This document shows, in pieces, positions 44,101 to 54,174 of a stretch of 64,000 nucleotides of DNA. Source of the stretch: Aureliella sp. (lineage in GTDB: Bacteria > Planctomycetota > Planctomycetia > Pirellulales > Pirellulaceae). The notes under the pieces were generated by a model, which worked only from the letters and a program-made list of their open reading frames with translations, was not told where the DNA came from and did no database searches. The translations under genes and the position numbers were made by a program. Within the stretch, counting starts at the first letter, position 1. Every line of letters starts with the position of its first letter. The stretch is taken from NCBI GenBank assembly GCA_963691875.1, contig OY829846.1:1-64000 (forward strand). Reading direction: 5' to 3'.

Positions 44101-44659
44101 GACCTGCCTCGAGGCGTAGATGGTTCATTCAGGACCAATCCCGATTCTCAATATGCGTCATAGCAGCTGTGGGGGTAGTCTTCACCGACAATTTGTGTCA
44201 ATACAGTGCATCATGGCGTTCGGCTGTAATTGCCAGCCCTAAGATTCAGAATGCAATCAGAAGGTCGACCGATTGCAGGGCGGCTCGACATTGGTTTCCA
44301 ACCGCACCCTGAGCAACTCAATGTTTCGATCACGCTAAGTTTCGGTCCGAGAATGCGGCGTGATTTCCTAGGCCGAAATGCGATGCGACCGATTCGCAAC
44401 AACTCCTCAAGTAAAGTTCTGATCCACTCCGTAGACGCTCCATGGCGTATCAACGCTTCCATCGATGAGCCAAGGCCGAACGCACTTTGTCGGTGGTCTG
44501 GGTTCGGCTCAACCCCAATGCATTTAGCTCGATTGACGATCTGCAAGGCTGAATTGTGCCTCTTTGCGCCATCCAGGAGATCTGTGCGATTTCGAGAGTC
44601 CGCAGTAAAATCTGGCTCAATCGGTAGACGAAATTGCGGCTCGCCAGCAAGCGGATGGA

Positions 44660-46456
44660 ATGAAAAACACTCGGAACTTTTGCATTATTGCTCACATCGA
44701 CCACGGCAAGTCCACGCTCGCCGATCGCCTCATCCAGTCCTGTGGCGGGATATCACAGCGTGAATTGCACGAACAAATGCTCGACTCGATGGACATCGAA
44801 CGTGAGCGTGGCATCACGATAAAGAGCAACACCATCACGCTGAGTTACAAAGCTAAAGACGGCGAAGAGTATCAACTTAACTTGATCGACACTCCCGGCC
44901 ACGTGGACTTTTCCCACGAAGTTCGCCGTTCGCTAATGGCCTGCGAAGGAGCGTTGATCGTTGTCGATGCTTCGCAAGGCGTCGAAGCGCAAACCGTCGC
45001 CAATCTGTACTTGGCGTTAGAGTACGATTTGGAGCTATTGCCGGTCATTAACAAGATTGACTTGCCAGCTGCAGACGTCGATCGTTCACGCGAATCCATT
45101 GACGCCGAGTTAGGACTAGATCCGTTTTCTGCGATCCCTGTTTCGGCCAAGACAGGAGTCGGCATCGAAGAAGTGCTCGAGGGCATCGTGCAGCAGCTGC
45201 CACCGCCAAGTGGTGATCCTGAGGCACCACTAAAAGCACTCGTTTTCGATGCCTACTTCGACAAGTATCGGGGTGTCATTCTCCAAGTTCGTGTTCTGGA
45301 TGGAACACTAAAGCCCCGTGATGTGATCCACTTCATGCATGCGGGCCGAGATTACAAAGTCGACGAGCTTGGCTACAACCAATTCAAGCTGAATCCGAAA
45401 GAACAACTCAGTGTCGGTGAAGTCGGCTACATCGTTGCCGGTGTGAAGAGCGTTCAGGATATCGAGATTGGCGATACGGTTACGCATCTCGAGCATCCCG
45501 CTGAGGAACCGATTCCTGGCTACCAAGAAGCAAAACAAGTTGTTTTCTCGTCGGTCTATCCGATGAGCACTGACGAGTACCAGGATCTGACGAAGGCGCT
45601 CGACAAGCTGGCGATCAACGACGCTGCACTAACTTATGAAAAGGATTCTTCAGCGGCACTTGGATTCGGTTTCCGCTGTGGCTTTCTAGGCTTATTGCAC
45701 TTGGATGTTATCCAAGAGCGGTTGCAGCGCGAGTTTGATATCGGACTGGTCATTTCAGCGCCGTCAGTCAAATATCAACTGACGCTGAAAGATGGTTCGA
45801 CCATGGAAGTCGACAATCCCACTTACTGGCCCGATCCATCGACGATCGACGCCACAACTGAACCCTACATCAAGGCTTCGATCCTGACACCCGAAGAGTA
45901 CGTCGGTCCCGTGATGGAGCTTTGCCGCGAGCATCGCTCAGATAGCCAGACGATGAACTACTTATCTGCTGGCCGTGTTGAAGTCACCAGTGAAATGCCA
46001 CTCGGCGAAGTGTTGTTCGACTTTTACGGCAAACTGAAGCAGATCACTCGCGGTTACGGTTCGTTTGACTACGTGCCCGTCGAGTATCGCAACACGGATA
46101 TTGTTAAAGTCGACATTTTGGTGAACAAGGAACCGATCGACGCTCTATCTTATTTGGTTCATCGAGACAAATCACGAGCCCGAGCTCTGCACTACTGCGA
46201 ACAGTTGGCGGAAGCAATTCCAAGACACCAGTTCAAGATTCCAATCCAAGGTGCCATTGGCGGAACCATTATTGCTCGCGCTACCATTCAAGCCTTCCGC
46301 AAGGACGTGACCGCAAAGCTGTACGGTGGCGACGTCACTCGAAAAAAGAAGCTCCTAGAAAAGCAGAAGAAGGGCAAAGCCAAGATGAAACAATTTGGCA
46401 GCGTCAACATTCCCCAGAAGGCCTTCGTCGCGGTGCTCAGCGAGAACAAAGACTAA
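44660..46456 (+). CDS. lepA: Translation elongation factor 4 (LepA)
   Basis: RNFCIIAHIDHGKSTLADR, ERERGITIK, DTPGHVDF, NKID, GFRCGFLGLLH, KDVTAKLYGGDVTRKKKLLEKQK. Confidence 0.99.
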   Translation: MKNTRNFCIIAHIDHGKSTLADRLIQSCGGISQRELHEQMLDSMDIERERGITIKSNTITLSYKAKDGEEYQLNLIDTPGHVDFSHEVRRSLMACEGALIVVDASQGVEAQTVANLYLALEYDLELLPVINKIDLPAADVDRSRESIDAELGLDPFSAIPVSAKTGVGIEEVLEGIVQQLPPPSGDPEAPLKALVFDAYFDKYRGVILQVRVLDGTLKPRDVIHFMHAGRDYKVDELGYNQFKLNPKEQLSVGEVGYIVAGVKSVQDIEIGDTVTHLEHPAEEPIPGYQEAKQVVFSSVYPMSTDEYQDLTKALDKLAINDAALTYEKDSSAALGFGFRCGFLGLLHLDVIQERLQREFDIGLVISAPSVKYQLTLKDGSTMEVDNPTYWPDPSTIDATTEPYIKASILTPEEYVGPVMELCREHRSDSQTMNYLSAGRVEVTSEMPLGEVLFDFYGKLKQITRGYGSFDYVPVEYRNTDIVKVDILVNKEPIDALSYLVHRDKSRARALHYCEQLAEAIPRHQFKIPIQGAIGGTIIARATIQAFRKDVTAKLYGGDVTRKKKLLEKQKKGKAKMKQFGSVNIPQKAFVAVLSENKD

Positions 46457-46588
46457 TTCTGACTCGCGTCAGCGATGAATCACAACCCGAAATTTCAGCG
46501 AGGATTTTAGGGCCATGGACCCTGTTTTTCACTATTTCTCATGCGAAGCTAAGCACTGCTGTCACTCTATTCCGAGCTTCTGCTCAAC

Positions 46589-47125
46589 GTGCCCACACCT
46601 ACCTTCTCACCGCCCGCCACGGGCGAATTCCCCGAGTACTTCGAATCTAATATCCGCAAAGCACCGGCGGGTGATTTCATCGACGTACTCATTGGCCAAC
46701 CCCAGATACTGAGAGATTTACTCGGCGACGTGCCCGAGGGCGAAGACAACAGAGGCCATGCACCTTACACCTGGACACTCAATTAAGTCGTCAGGCACTT
46801 GCTGGACGTCGAAAGGATCTTCAGCACTCGGATGCTTCGCATTGGCGTCCGCAATACGACTCCGATGCCTGGTAAGGAACAGAATGATCATGTAGATGGA
46901 CTCGACTACGAGAACCTCAGCATGTCGGCCTTGCTGGACGAGTTTGCCGCTTTGCGAGAATCAAACCGGCTGTTAGCTCTACGTCTTGGTGAAGAAGCAT
47001 TAGCGCGAACGGAAACCGCTTCCGACGGCGCAGTTTCCGCCCGCGTCAATCTCCATATTCTCGAAGGCCATGTAGAATATCACGCCGAGATCATGCGGTA
47101 ACGCGTGAACGGAATGGACGGATAG
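46589..47125 (+). pseudogene. DinB family protein pseudogene
   Basis: One frame reads P..GEF.EYF...WTLN*VVRHLLDVERIF..R.LRI...GH..YH..IMR*RVNG, with TAA at 46784 and 47099. Confidence 0.85.
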
Positions 47126-47392
47126 TGACACCTAGAATCACCGGTTCGTATTGCGATCCCGGGAATTCCTCCTTTCCACAATTTGTGGTCTTAGAAACAA
47201 ACTTGAGCCGATCTGTCTAGCGTCAGGCTGAAAGAAGGGAACGCAGGCCGTCGGCTTACACATTGAGACTCTGGTTAGCCTGCTCTGGAAAAAAGGGAGC
47301 GTGACATCCCGGGCCAATCGGTCATAATGGAGTTTGAACGATCATCTATGATTTAGGATCGGCACTTTATTTTCCTCATTTGAAATCTTGAA

Positions 47393-48313
47393 TTGCTCCA
47401 ACACCGTCTTATTTCTGCCGCGATCGTGATCGCGACTTCGCTCCTGTTTGTTTGGATGGATGCGAACTATTCTCCTTTCGGTTGCAAAGGGGTTTGGATG
47501 CTGCCGCTAGGATGCTACTTGGTGTTAGGAAGCGCAATCGAGTGTGCTGGTATGCTGGGGCAAAGCAAGGCGGTAGGCAAGCTTGCCTCGCCTGCATTGC
47601 TGGGCTGTGGTGGAATCATGTTGGCGGCGATGATCCCGGTGTTTTGGCCCGCCTTCGAACCTTATCCCGAAGACTGCTTGCTCGGCAGATTAGGCTGGCC
47701 GCTAGCTGCAATGTTGATCGCTTTGATCGCAAGTTTTGCGTGGCACATCCGGACCTATGAGCCAGACACAAATGTTTTTGCGCGAGCCATAGCGGCGGGT
47801 TGGGTGTCTTGCTATTTCGGCGGCTGTTTTGCGTTTGCTATCGCTTTGCGGATGACAGGTGACTCGGTCTACGGGCTTTATCTTTTGGTAGGCGTCATCG
47901 TCATCACAAAATGGGCAGACTCGGGGGCTTATTTCGTAGGAAGGGCGATTGGCCGTACGAAACTTTGCCCGAAAGTAAGCCCTGGAAAGACAATTGAAGG
48001 CCTCTTAGGTGGGATGCTCATTGCCACACTCACAGGATGGATATACTTTTGTTGGTGCGGATCGATGGCTTTCGGCGACAAGATCCAAGCTGGTTGGTTG
48101 GGCGTGACGATACTTGGCGTGTCGCTGACGATTTCCGGAGTGATTGGTGACTTGTTGGAGTCAATCGTTAAGCGCGAAACGGGCTGTAAAGATAGCGGCA
48201 AGCTGCTGCCGGGCTTAGGAGGGCTGTGGGACGTTACTGATTCTCTGTTGCCAAGTTTTGTTGTCGCCTATTTGATCGTGGTGGGTGAGTTGATTACTGG
48301 ACCTGGGCAGTAG
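47393..48313 (+). CDS. cdsA: Phosphatidate cytidylyltransferase
   Basis: DSGAYFVGR, SPGKTIEG, GDLLES.VKR..G.KDSG.LLPGLGG.WD..DS. Confidence 0.96.
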   Translation: MLQHRLISAAIVIATSLLFVWMDANYSPFGCKGVWMLPLGCYLVLGSAIECAGMLGQSKAVGKLASPALLGCGGIMLAAMIPVFWPAFEPYPEDCLLGRLGWPLAAMLIALIASFAWHIRTYEPDTNVFARAIAAGWVSCYFGGCFAFAIALRMTGDSVYGLYLLVGVIVITKWADSGAYFVGRAIGRTKLCPKVSPGKTIEGLLGGMLIATLTGWIYFCWCGSMAFGDKIQAGWLGVTILGVSLTISGVIGDLLESIVKRETGCKDSGKLLPGLGGLWDVTDSLLPSFVVAYLIVVGELITGPGQ

Positions 48314-48502
48314 TTGCATCGGGGGCTTTTCTGAGTTTCTCGGTCCATTATCTGAAGGGTAAGTGAGACGCAAGAAGATGATTGCAAATGACTCTCCGCG
48401 GAGGGTACCATCCCTGCCCAGATAGGCCGAATCTCACTCAAAAGAGAAGGTGAATTTGAAAGCGAAAATCTTGAACTTGATTCGTCGTGGATAGGAAGAC
48501 CC

Positions 48503-49651
48503 ATGTCGGAAGCCAACATAAATCTGAGCGACCCCGCAGCGGTTTTGAGTCTCTTTGGGCCACAAGATCGGTATCTAAAGATGATCCGTGATCATTTCGC
48601 GGTTGCCATTACGCATCGCGATGGCAAGCTGAAGATCATTGGCGAGGCGGAGGCGGTGCGGCGCGCGACGGGACTACTTGAAGGACTGCATGCGCGAGCT
48701 CAGCAGTCAGGTGGTTTGACGCGAGCCGAGGTCGAGGGTGCTTTGGAGGGAGCTCTGGAGGGAAAGCGAAACAGCGCACGGATCTTCTCGCGTGGCGGAG
48801 GGCGACTTGCTGCGGCTCAAGAACAACTTGAAACGGCTGTCGATCTGCAGCACCAGAAGCGGAAGATAAAGCCCCGGAGCCAGGGGCAGGCGGAGTATTT
48901 GACTGCAATTCGCAAAAGTGACCTAACCCTCTGCAGAGGGCCCGCTGGCTGCGGTAAGACTTACTTGGCCGTTGCTTTGGCAGTAGAAGCCTTGAAAAGC
49001 CAGCGAATCAAGAAAATCGTACTGGTCCGACCAGCCGTAGAAGCGGGCGAAAGCCTAGGATTCCTGCCAGGTGACTTGCAGGCAAAATTGAATCCCTATT
49101 TACGGCCTTTGCTAGACGCACTCAATGAGATGTTGGACTATGACCAAGTAAAGTATCTAATGGAACATGACGTGATTGAGGTTATACCCCTGGCATATAT
49201 GCGGGGTAGGACATTAAACGAAGCGTTCATCATCTTGGACGAGGCGCAGAATACAACCTCGGCGCAGATGAAGATGTTTTTGACTCGAATGGGAGATGGT
49301 TCCAAGATCGTCGTTTCGGGGGACATCACACAAGTCGATTTGCCTGGCGGCGTGACTAGCGGACTTCGGGACGCTTGGCAGCGTTTGGGTGGAATTCGAG
49401 GTATCAGTTTCGTAACTTTGGATGGCAGTGATATTGTTCGTCACCGCTTAGTGCAAGAAATTGTTGGACGGTATGAGCCGCCGCGTGGGCCGGTCGTTCA
49501 CTCGCCCATTGCCGGTTGTACTGATGTCTTGGGGCAAGACGACGGAACGATGATGGAGAAGGAAATGTTGGATCCAGCTTCGAACGATAGCCCGCGAGGC
49601 CACAACGGCCAAAGCGGAAGTGAGGAAGGCGAGTCACCGGTTAGCGACTAA
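48503..49651 (+). CDS. phoH: PhoH family ATPase
   Basis: GPAGCGKTYLA, RPAVEAGE.LGFLPGDL, AYMRGRTL, DEAQN, GD.TQ.DL. Confidence 0.96.
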   Translation: MSEANINLSDPAAVLSLFGPQDRYLKMIRDHFAVAITHRDGKLKIIGEAEAVRRATGLLEGLHARAQQSGGLTRAEVEGALEGALEGKRNSARIFSRGGGRLAAAQEQLETAVDLQHQKRKIKPRSQGQAEYLTAIRKSDLTLCRGPAGCGKTYLAVALAVEALKSQRIKKIVLVRPAVEAGESLGFLPGDLQAKLNPYLRPLLDALNEMLDYDQVKYLMEHDVIEVIPLAYMRGRTLNEAFIILDEAQNTTSAQMKMFLTRMGDGSKIVVSGDITQVDLPGGVTSGLRDAWQRLGGIRGISFVTLDGSDIVRHRLVQEIVGRYEPPRGPVVHSPIAGCTDVLGQDDGTMMEKEMLDPASNDSPRGHNGQSGSEEGESPVSD

Positions 49652-49670
49652 GCCAGACATTTGCGCCACT

Positions 49671-52007
49671 ATGGCCTCATCAACTAAGCGTACGCGTAGC
49701 GAGCGTGTTGCTTCTCTAAAGCTTGAACCGAGCGATTTATCTCGTAGGATCCGGACCCTGCTAACGGGGCCTGCACTGTTACGGTTTGCGCTCAGCCTTG
49801 TGACGGCAGTCTTGCTCGTCGTGATCTTTCAAGGCTGGAAGCCCCCGTTTGCCTATCGCGAAGGTCAAATTCCGCAGCGTGATGTGTTGGCTCGGGTTGA
49901 GTTTGAGATTGTCGACATCAACAAGACCGAGGCGGAGCGTGAGCAGGCTCGCCGGCAGGTTGCTTGTTTCTACGAGAATAAACCTGATGAAATCACTGAT
50001 CTGAACGCGCGTTTGCGGGGAGCGCTTGGAGCTTTGGCGGGTGAAAATACATTCGCCGATTTGACCAAACAGCAATCTGACGCGCTTGAGAGCTTTATCG
50101 CCCCGGGCGAAGATGAGGATTCGCCTTCTCCGGGCGACTCGCTATTGCTCATTAGAACGTTTCTAAGCGAGCATGGGGTGTTGGACGATGGCAAGTTGGA
50201 TTTGCTGCTTAAGTCCATACTTGCACCGATCGCCGACACCGGCATCTTGACTCAGCTGGCGCACAATGCCGAAGAAGGCGAACAAGGCCAGATCTTGGTT
50301 GATGGAGTCGTTGTCAATGTTGCGAAAATTCGCCGAACTGAAGTCGTAGCTGCTTTGTCTCAGCAGGTGTCCGAGGAATTTCAAAAGACCTTCAATAGTC
50401 CGGAAGTTCAGGTTGTTGCGCAGTTTGTGTCGAAGTTTCTCGTCGATAATCTACCTGCGGCCACGCTGACATATCAACGGGATGCGAGCGAGGAGGAGAG
50501 ACGCAAAGCGGAGGAGTCTGTCAAAGACGCGTTAGTCGCGTACTATCCTGCGGTTAGCAAATTGGCCGAGGCCGGGAAACCGCTTAGCCGTGAAGAACAA
50601 TTGCCTGTGCTACGAGCCGAATACGAAGCATGGATAGCGCAGTTGTCGTGGGGCGAGGTTTGCATGCGAGTTGTCGCCTTCAGCGGCATGGTTTCCGCCA
50701 TGTTCTTGCTGTGTGGTTTACTCATTCACTTCCAGTACGAAGTCGATTTGGTGTCGGGTATCGCCGAGTTGGCGCGTTTGCTGGCAACTGTGCTTGCCAC
50801 TTGCTTAGTGTGCCGATTCTTTGCCGCTGATCCGTTTCGAGCCGAACTCATTCCGCTCGTCCTATGCGGCATGACTCTGACAATCGTATATGGGCGACAG
50901 CTGGGGTTACTTGTGACGACCTGTGTAGCGCTTATGGTGACCCTCGGCATGGGGCATGATATTGGCGACTTCGTGACGATTTGCAGCGGCGTGTGTTCAG
51001 CAGCTTTCCTAATCGGACGGATTCGCACTCGCAATAAACTGATCTACGTCGGTCTGGCTACTGCAGTGGTGGTCGCTGCGACAAGCTTAGGTGTCAGCAT
51101 CGTTCAGGACAAGATTCACGCTTACATCCCTGTTGCGGAATCCACGAGCGCGGTTGTCTCCAGTTGGCGTTCTATTCTGCCATCGCTATTGCAGGAGTCC
51201 CTTCGACATGGTGGGTTTGTGCTGCTGGCAGCGGCTACCACCGCGGGCTTCCTTTCGTTCATCGAGCGGGGCTATGGAGTACAGACTGATCTGAGTTTGC
51301 TCGAATTGGGGGATGCAAGTCATGTACTCTTGCGCCAACTCGCACAGCGTGCACCGGGAACTTATAACCACTCGATCAATGTCGCTGCGATCGCAGAAGC
51401 AGCCGCGGACTCGATTGGAGCGCACGGATTGCTTACGCGTGTCGGGGCTTACTTTCACGATATCGGCAAGATGTTCAAGCCGAACTACTTCGTGGAGAAT
51501 CAGGAGCAAGGCGGCAATCGGCACGATCAGTTGCAGCCTGCCATGAGCACTTTGATCATCATAGCTCATGTTAAGGATGGGGCCGACTTAGGGCGTCAAC
51601 ATCGCTTGCCCAAGCCAATCATCGACTTCATTGAGCAGCACCACGGTACGACGCTAGTAGAGTATTTCTTCCGTGAAGCGGAGAAGCGAAGTCAGGAAAA
51701 TCCAAACAAGGAAGAAGTCTCGGAGACATCTTTCCGTTATCCTGGGCCGAGGCCGCAGACTTTGGAAGCAGCAGTGCTGATGCTGGCTGATTCGGTCGAG
51801 AGCGCTAGCCGCACTTTGGTCGAACCCACACCATCGCGTATTCAAAACCTGGTTGACGATATCGCGATGAAGAAGCTACTGGACGGCCAGTTTGACGAAT
51901 GTGGTCTGACTTTGCAGCAGTTGGAACAAGTCAAAGCATCGCTCGTGAAGTCTTTGACTGCGATTTATCATGGTCGTGTGAAGTACTCAGGGCAGGCATC
52001 GGCTTAG
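49671..52007 (+). CDS. 7TM-HD phosphohydrolase (PgpH-like cyclic di-AMP phosphodiesterase family)
   Basis: Extracellular domain and multiple TM helices, then APGTYNHS, YFHDIGK, F.ENQ, HHGT, FRYPGP.P, LADSVE. Confidence 0.93.
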   Translation: MASSTKRTRSERVASLKLEPSDLSRRIRTLLTGPALLRFALSLVTAVLLVVIFQGWKPPFAYREGQIPQRDVLARVEFEIVDINKTEAEREQARRQVACFYENKPDEITDLNARLRGALGALAGENTFADLTKQQSDALESFIAPGEDEDSPSPGDSLLLIRTFLSEHGVLDDGKLDLLLKSILAPIADTGILTQLAHNAEEGEQGQILVDGVVVNVAKIRRTEVVAALSQQVSEEFQKTFNSPEVQVVAQFVSKFLVDNLPAATLTYQRDASEEERRKAEESVKDALVAYYPAVSKLAEAGKPLSREEQLPVLRAEYEAWIAQLSWGEVCMRVVAFSGMVSAMFLLCGLLIHFQYEVDLVSGIAELARLLATVLATCLVCRFFAADPFRAELIPLVLCGMTLTIVYGRQLGLLVTTCVALMVTLGMGHDIGDFVTICSGVCSAAFLIGRIRTRNKLIYVGLATAVVVAATSLGVSIVQDKIHAYIPVAESTSAVVSSWRSILPSLLQESLRHGGFVLLAAATTAGFLSFIERGYGVQTDLSLLELGDASHVLLRQLAQRAPGTYNHSINVAAIAEAAADSIGAHGLLTRVGAYFHDIGKMFKPNYFVENQEQGGNRHDQLQPAMSTLIIIAHVKDGADLGRQHRLPKPIIDFIEQHHGTTLVEYFFREAEKRSQENPNKEEVSETSFRYPGPRPQTLEAAVLMLADSVESASRTLVEPTPSRIQNLVDDIAMKKLLDGQFDECGLTLQQLEQVKASLVKSLTAIYHGRVKYSGQASA

Positions 52008-52023
52008 TGTTGGCATGAGGTTT

Positions 52024-52045
52024 TCCTCGCTCACGCTCTAGGTAG
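52024..52045 (-). repeat. REP-like half-copy, family 1
   Basis: The reverse complement CTACCTAGAGCGTGAGCGAGGA shares AGCGTGAGCGAGGA with 31563-31576. Confidence 0.65.
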
Positions 52046-52086
52046 TGGGCAACGCACAACGTTCGCCTGAATTTTGATCTCAACCT

Positions 52087-52572
52087 ATGCACGAAGCCAT
52101 ATCGCTCGAAATCGAATACCAATTGCCAGCGGGTGCGGAGCAGCCGAAGCAGGATGAAGAACGCTTCCGGAAAGCCGCGGAGTGGGTGCTTTTGAAGTTT
52201 GGGCTGCAATCGATTGTCGCTAGTGTTTCAATTATCGATGATCCGACGATCCATCGCGTGAATCGTGAGCACTTGGATCACGATTGGCCCACGGATGTGA
52301 TCAGTTTTGTGTTTGAGCCCGCTCCAAACGTGCAAGGCGAGATCATTGCGAGTTCGGATACGGCAAAGCGACTGTGTGGAGACGCGGGCTGGTCACACGA
52401 AGATGAAATTTTGCTTTATATTGTCCACGGCTTGCTGCATTTGGCTGGCTTGGATGACCAGGAAGAGTCACAGCAAAAGGAAATGCGGTGCGCCGAGCAA
52501 GTATGCTTGTTGGCCCTTGGAGTGTCAGGTGCAGCGGAACATTTAAGTCGTTGGAATGACATCTCTTATTAG
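52087..52572 (+). CDS. ybeY: rRNA maturation endoribonuclease YbeY
   Basis: NRE...D.PTDVISF, GEII.S, HGLLHLAGLDD. Confidence 0.96.
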   Translation: MHEAISLEIEYQLPAGAEQPKQDEERFRKAAEWVLLKFGLQSIVASVSIIDDPTIHRVNREHLDHDWPTDVISFVFEPAPNVQGEIIASSDTAKRLCGDAGWSHEDEILLYIVHGLLHLAGLDDQEESQQKEMRCAEQVCLLALGVSGAAEHLSRWNDISY

Positions 52573-52815
52573 TGTTTCGATTAGAGCTTGCTCTCTTTGG
52601 AGAGAGTCGGGCTGTAAGGTCCTGAGAGCGGGGGTGTTTCTGGCAATCCTTTCCCCGTCAATCGGGCTCTGCCCCTCCTTACAATCTTCGTGGAACTCGG
52701 ACAGGGAGGGTCCCCACAAAAATGTGCAACACCGAGCCTCACGATCCGGTCATAGAAAAGAATGGCTTGTAAAGCTCAGACACGCTCTGCCTCCACTGGC
52801 TCTGTGGAGAGGAAC

Positions 52816-54132
52816 ATGAATGTAACTTGGCTCGGCACAGTGATGCTGACTTGCTGGGGTATGACACTGATCGGTGGGCTTGGCTCGCACGTTTTGCAAA
52901 ACTTTAATGGCAAGCGTCTCGAGGCCTACTGTCGTCTGCGGCGGCGTCCAGATCGTTATGGCGATATCCTCGACGGTCATGAACAAGCTGCGGTGGCGGC
53001 TCAGTACTTGATGGTCTTCGCAGTGGTACTCGGTTCGTTAGCTGCGGGTGCATGGTTTTATACCAATGGCGAAGTAGAAGTCATCGAAGGCCACATTAGT
53101 AGTGCCGTTGCGCCAAACGTGATTTTCGCTTGGATCATCAGCTGGTTGCTTCTTCTGACTCTGGCCGGCCTGTGGCTGCCGAGGGTCGTAGTTCACTACA
53201 GCTCGTCTCTGTTCTTGTTTCACTCCTGGCCCCTGTGGCGGACCTTAGCTTTCGTGACGCGTCCGTTTTACGGGTTCGGTGATGTGTTTTCGTGGCTTGG
53301 GTATCGCCTGAGTGATGAGCGTGACGGGGATGATTTGGAGGAGGAGGTACTGGAGGATGAAATTCGAACGATGGTAGCCGCTGGACAACGCGAAGGTGTT
53401 TTTGCGGCTGGCGTAAGTGAGATGATCCAAGGTGTGATGGATTTGGATGAAGCTGACGTCGAGGAAATCATGACGCCACGTAGCTCAGTAGATGCGATCG
53501 ACCTTGCGACGAGCTGGCAAGAAGTGTTGGCGGCAATTGCCGATTGTGGCCGGACGCGTATTCCAATATTTGATGGCACGTTGGACAACGTCGTCGGAAT
53601 TCTCTACGTGAAGGACGTCTTGAGCGTCGTGGCAAAGGAGGACTTTAAGCCGGAAGCGTCTACCTTGCGAAGTCTGCTTCGAAAACCCTGGTTTATACCG
53701 GGCAGCATGAAAGTTGACGAGTTGCTGCGAGTCTTTTTGCACAATCGAAATCACATCGCGATCGTGATCGATGAGTATCAGCAGTTTACTGGCGTCGTCA
53801 CGATCGAAGATGCGCTGGAAGAAATCGTTGGCGAGATCTCCGACGAGCTTGACACCGAAGAGGAAAGCGATCTGACTTACGACGAAGACCGTCACGTTGT
53901 TGAAGCTGAAGGCAAGGTCCCCGTGGAGAGCATAGGCGACCTGCTGGGATTGCAGCTACCTGAGTCGGACGATTATGACACGATCGGTGGATTGATAGTC
54001 CACCGCCTATCACGAATTCCCCAGGAGGGAACCGAGCTTGAGGTCGAAGGCCTAAAACTCACCGTGCTGCGAGCCAATAGTCGCATGATCCAACTTGTGA
54101 AGCTGGAGTTGCTCGAATCTGATTTGCAGTAG
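52816..54132 (+). CDS. Hemolysin family / CNNM-CBS-CorC domain protein
   Basis: N-terminal TM region, IMTPR, RIPI, V.DEY..F.G.VT.EDALEEIVGEI.DE, DTIGG. GGAGAGG precedes ATG 52816. Confidence 0.93.
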   Translation: MNVTWLGTVMLTCWGMTLIGGLGSHVLQNFNGKRLEAYCRLRRRPDRYGDILDGHEQAAVAAQYLMVFAVVLGSLAAGAWFYTNGEVEVIEGHISSAVAPNVIFAWIISWLLLLTLAGLWLPRVVVHYSSSLFLFHSWPLWRTLAFVTRPFYGFGDVFSWLGYRLSDERDGDDLEEEVLEDEIRTMVAAGQREGVFAAGVSEMIQGVMDLDEADVEEIMTPRSSVDAIDLATSWQEVLAAIADCGRTRIPIFDGTLDNVVGILYVKDVLSVVAKEDFKPEASTLRSLLRKPWFIPGSMKVDELLRVFLHNRNHIAIVIDEYQQFTGVVTIEDALEEIVGEISDELDTEEESDLTYDEDRHVVEAEGKVPVESIGDLLGLQLPESDDYDTIGGLIVHRLSRIPQEGTELEVEGLKLTVLRANSRMIQLVKLELLESDLQ

Positions 54133-54174
54133 AATCAACCTTCACTTGGCAGTAGCCTTCGGGCGGCAAGTTCT

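Noticed and set aside
11859..47101. Genome-wide stop-codon reassignment or pyrrolysine as an explanation for in-frame stops
   Set aside because: The interrupting stops are a mix of TAG, TAA and TGA and often come with frameshifts. Intact genes end with all three stops.
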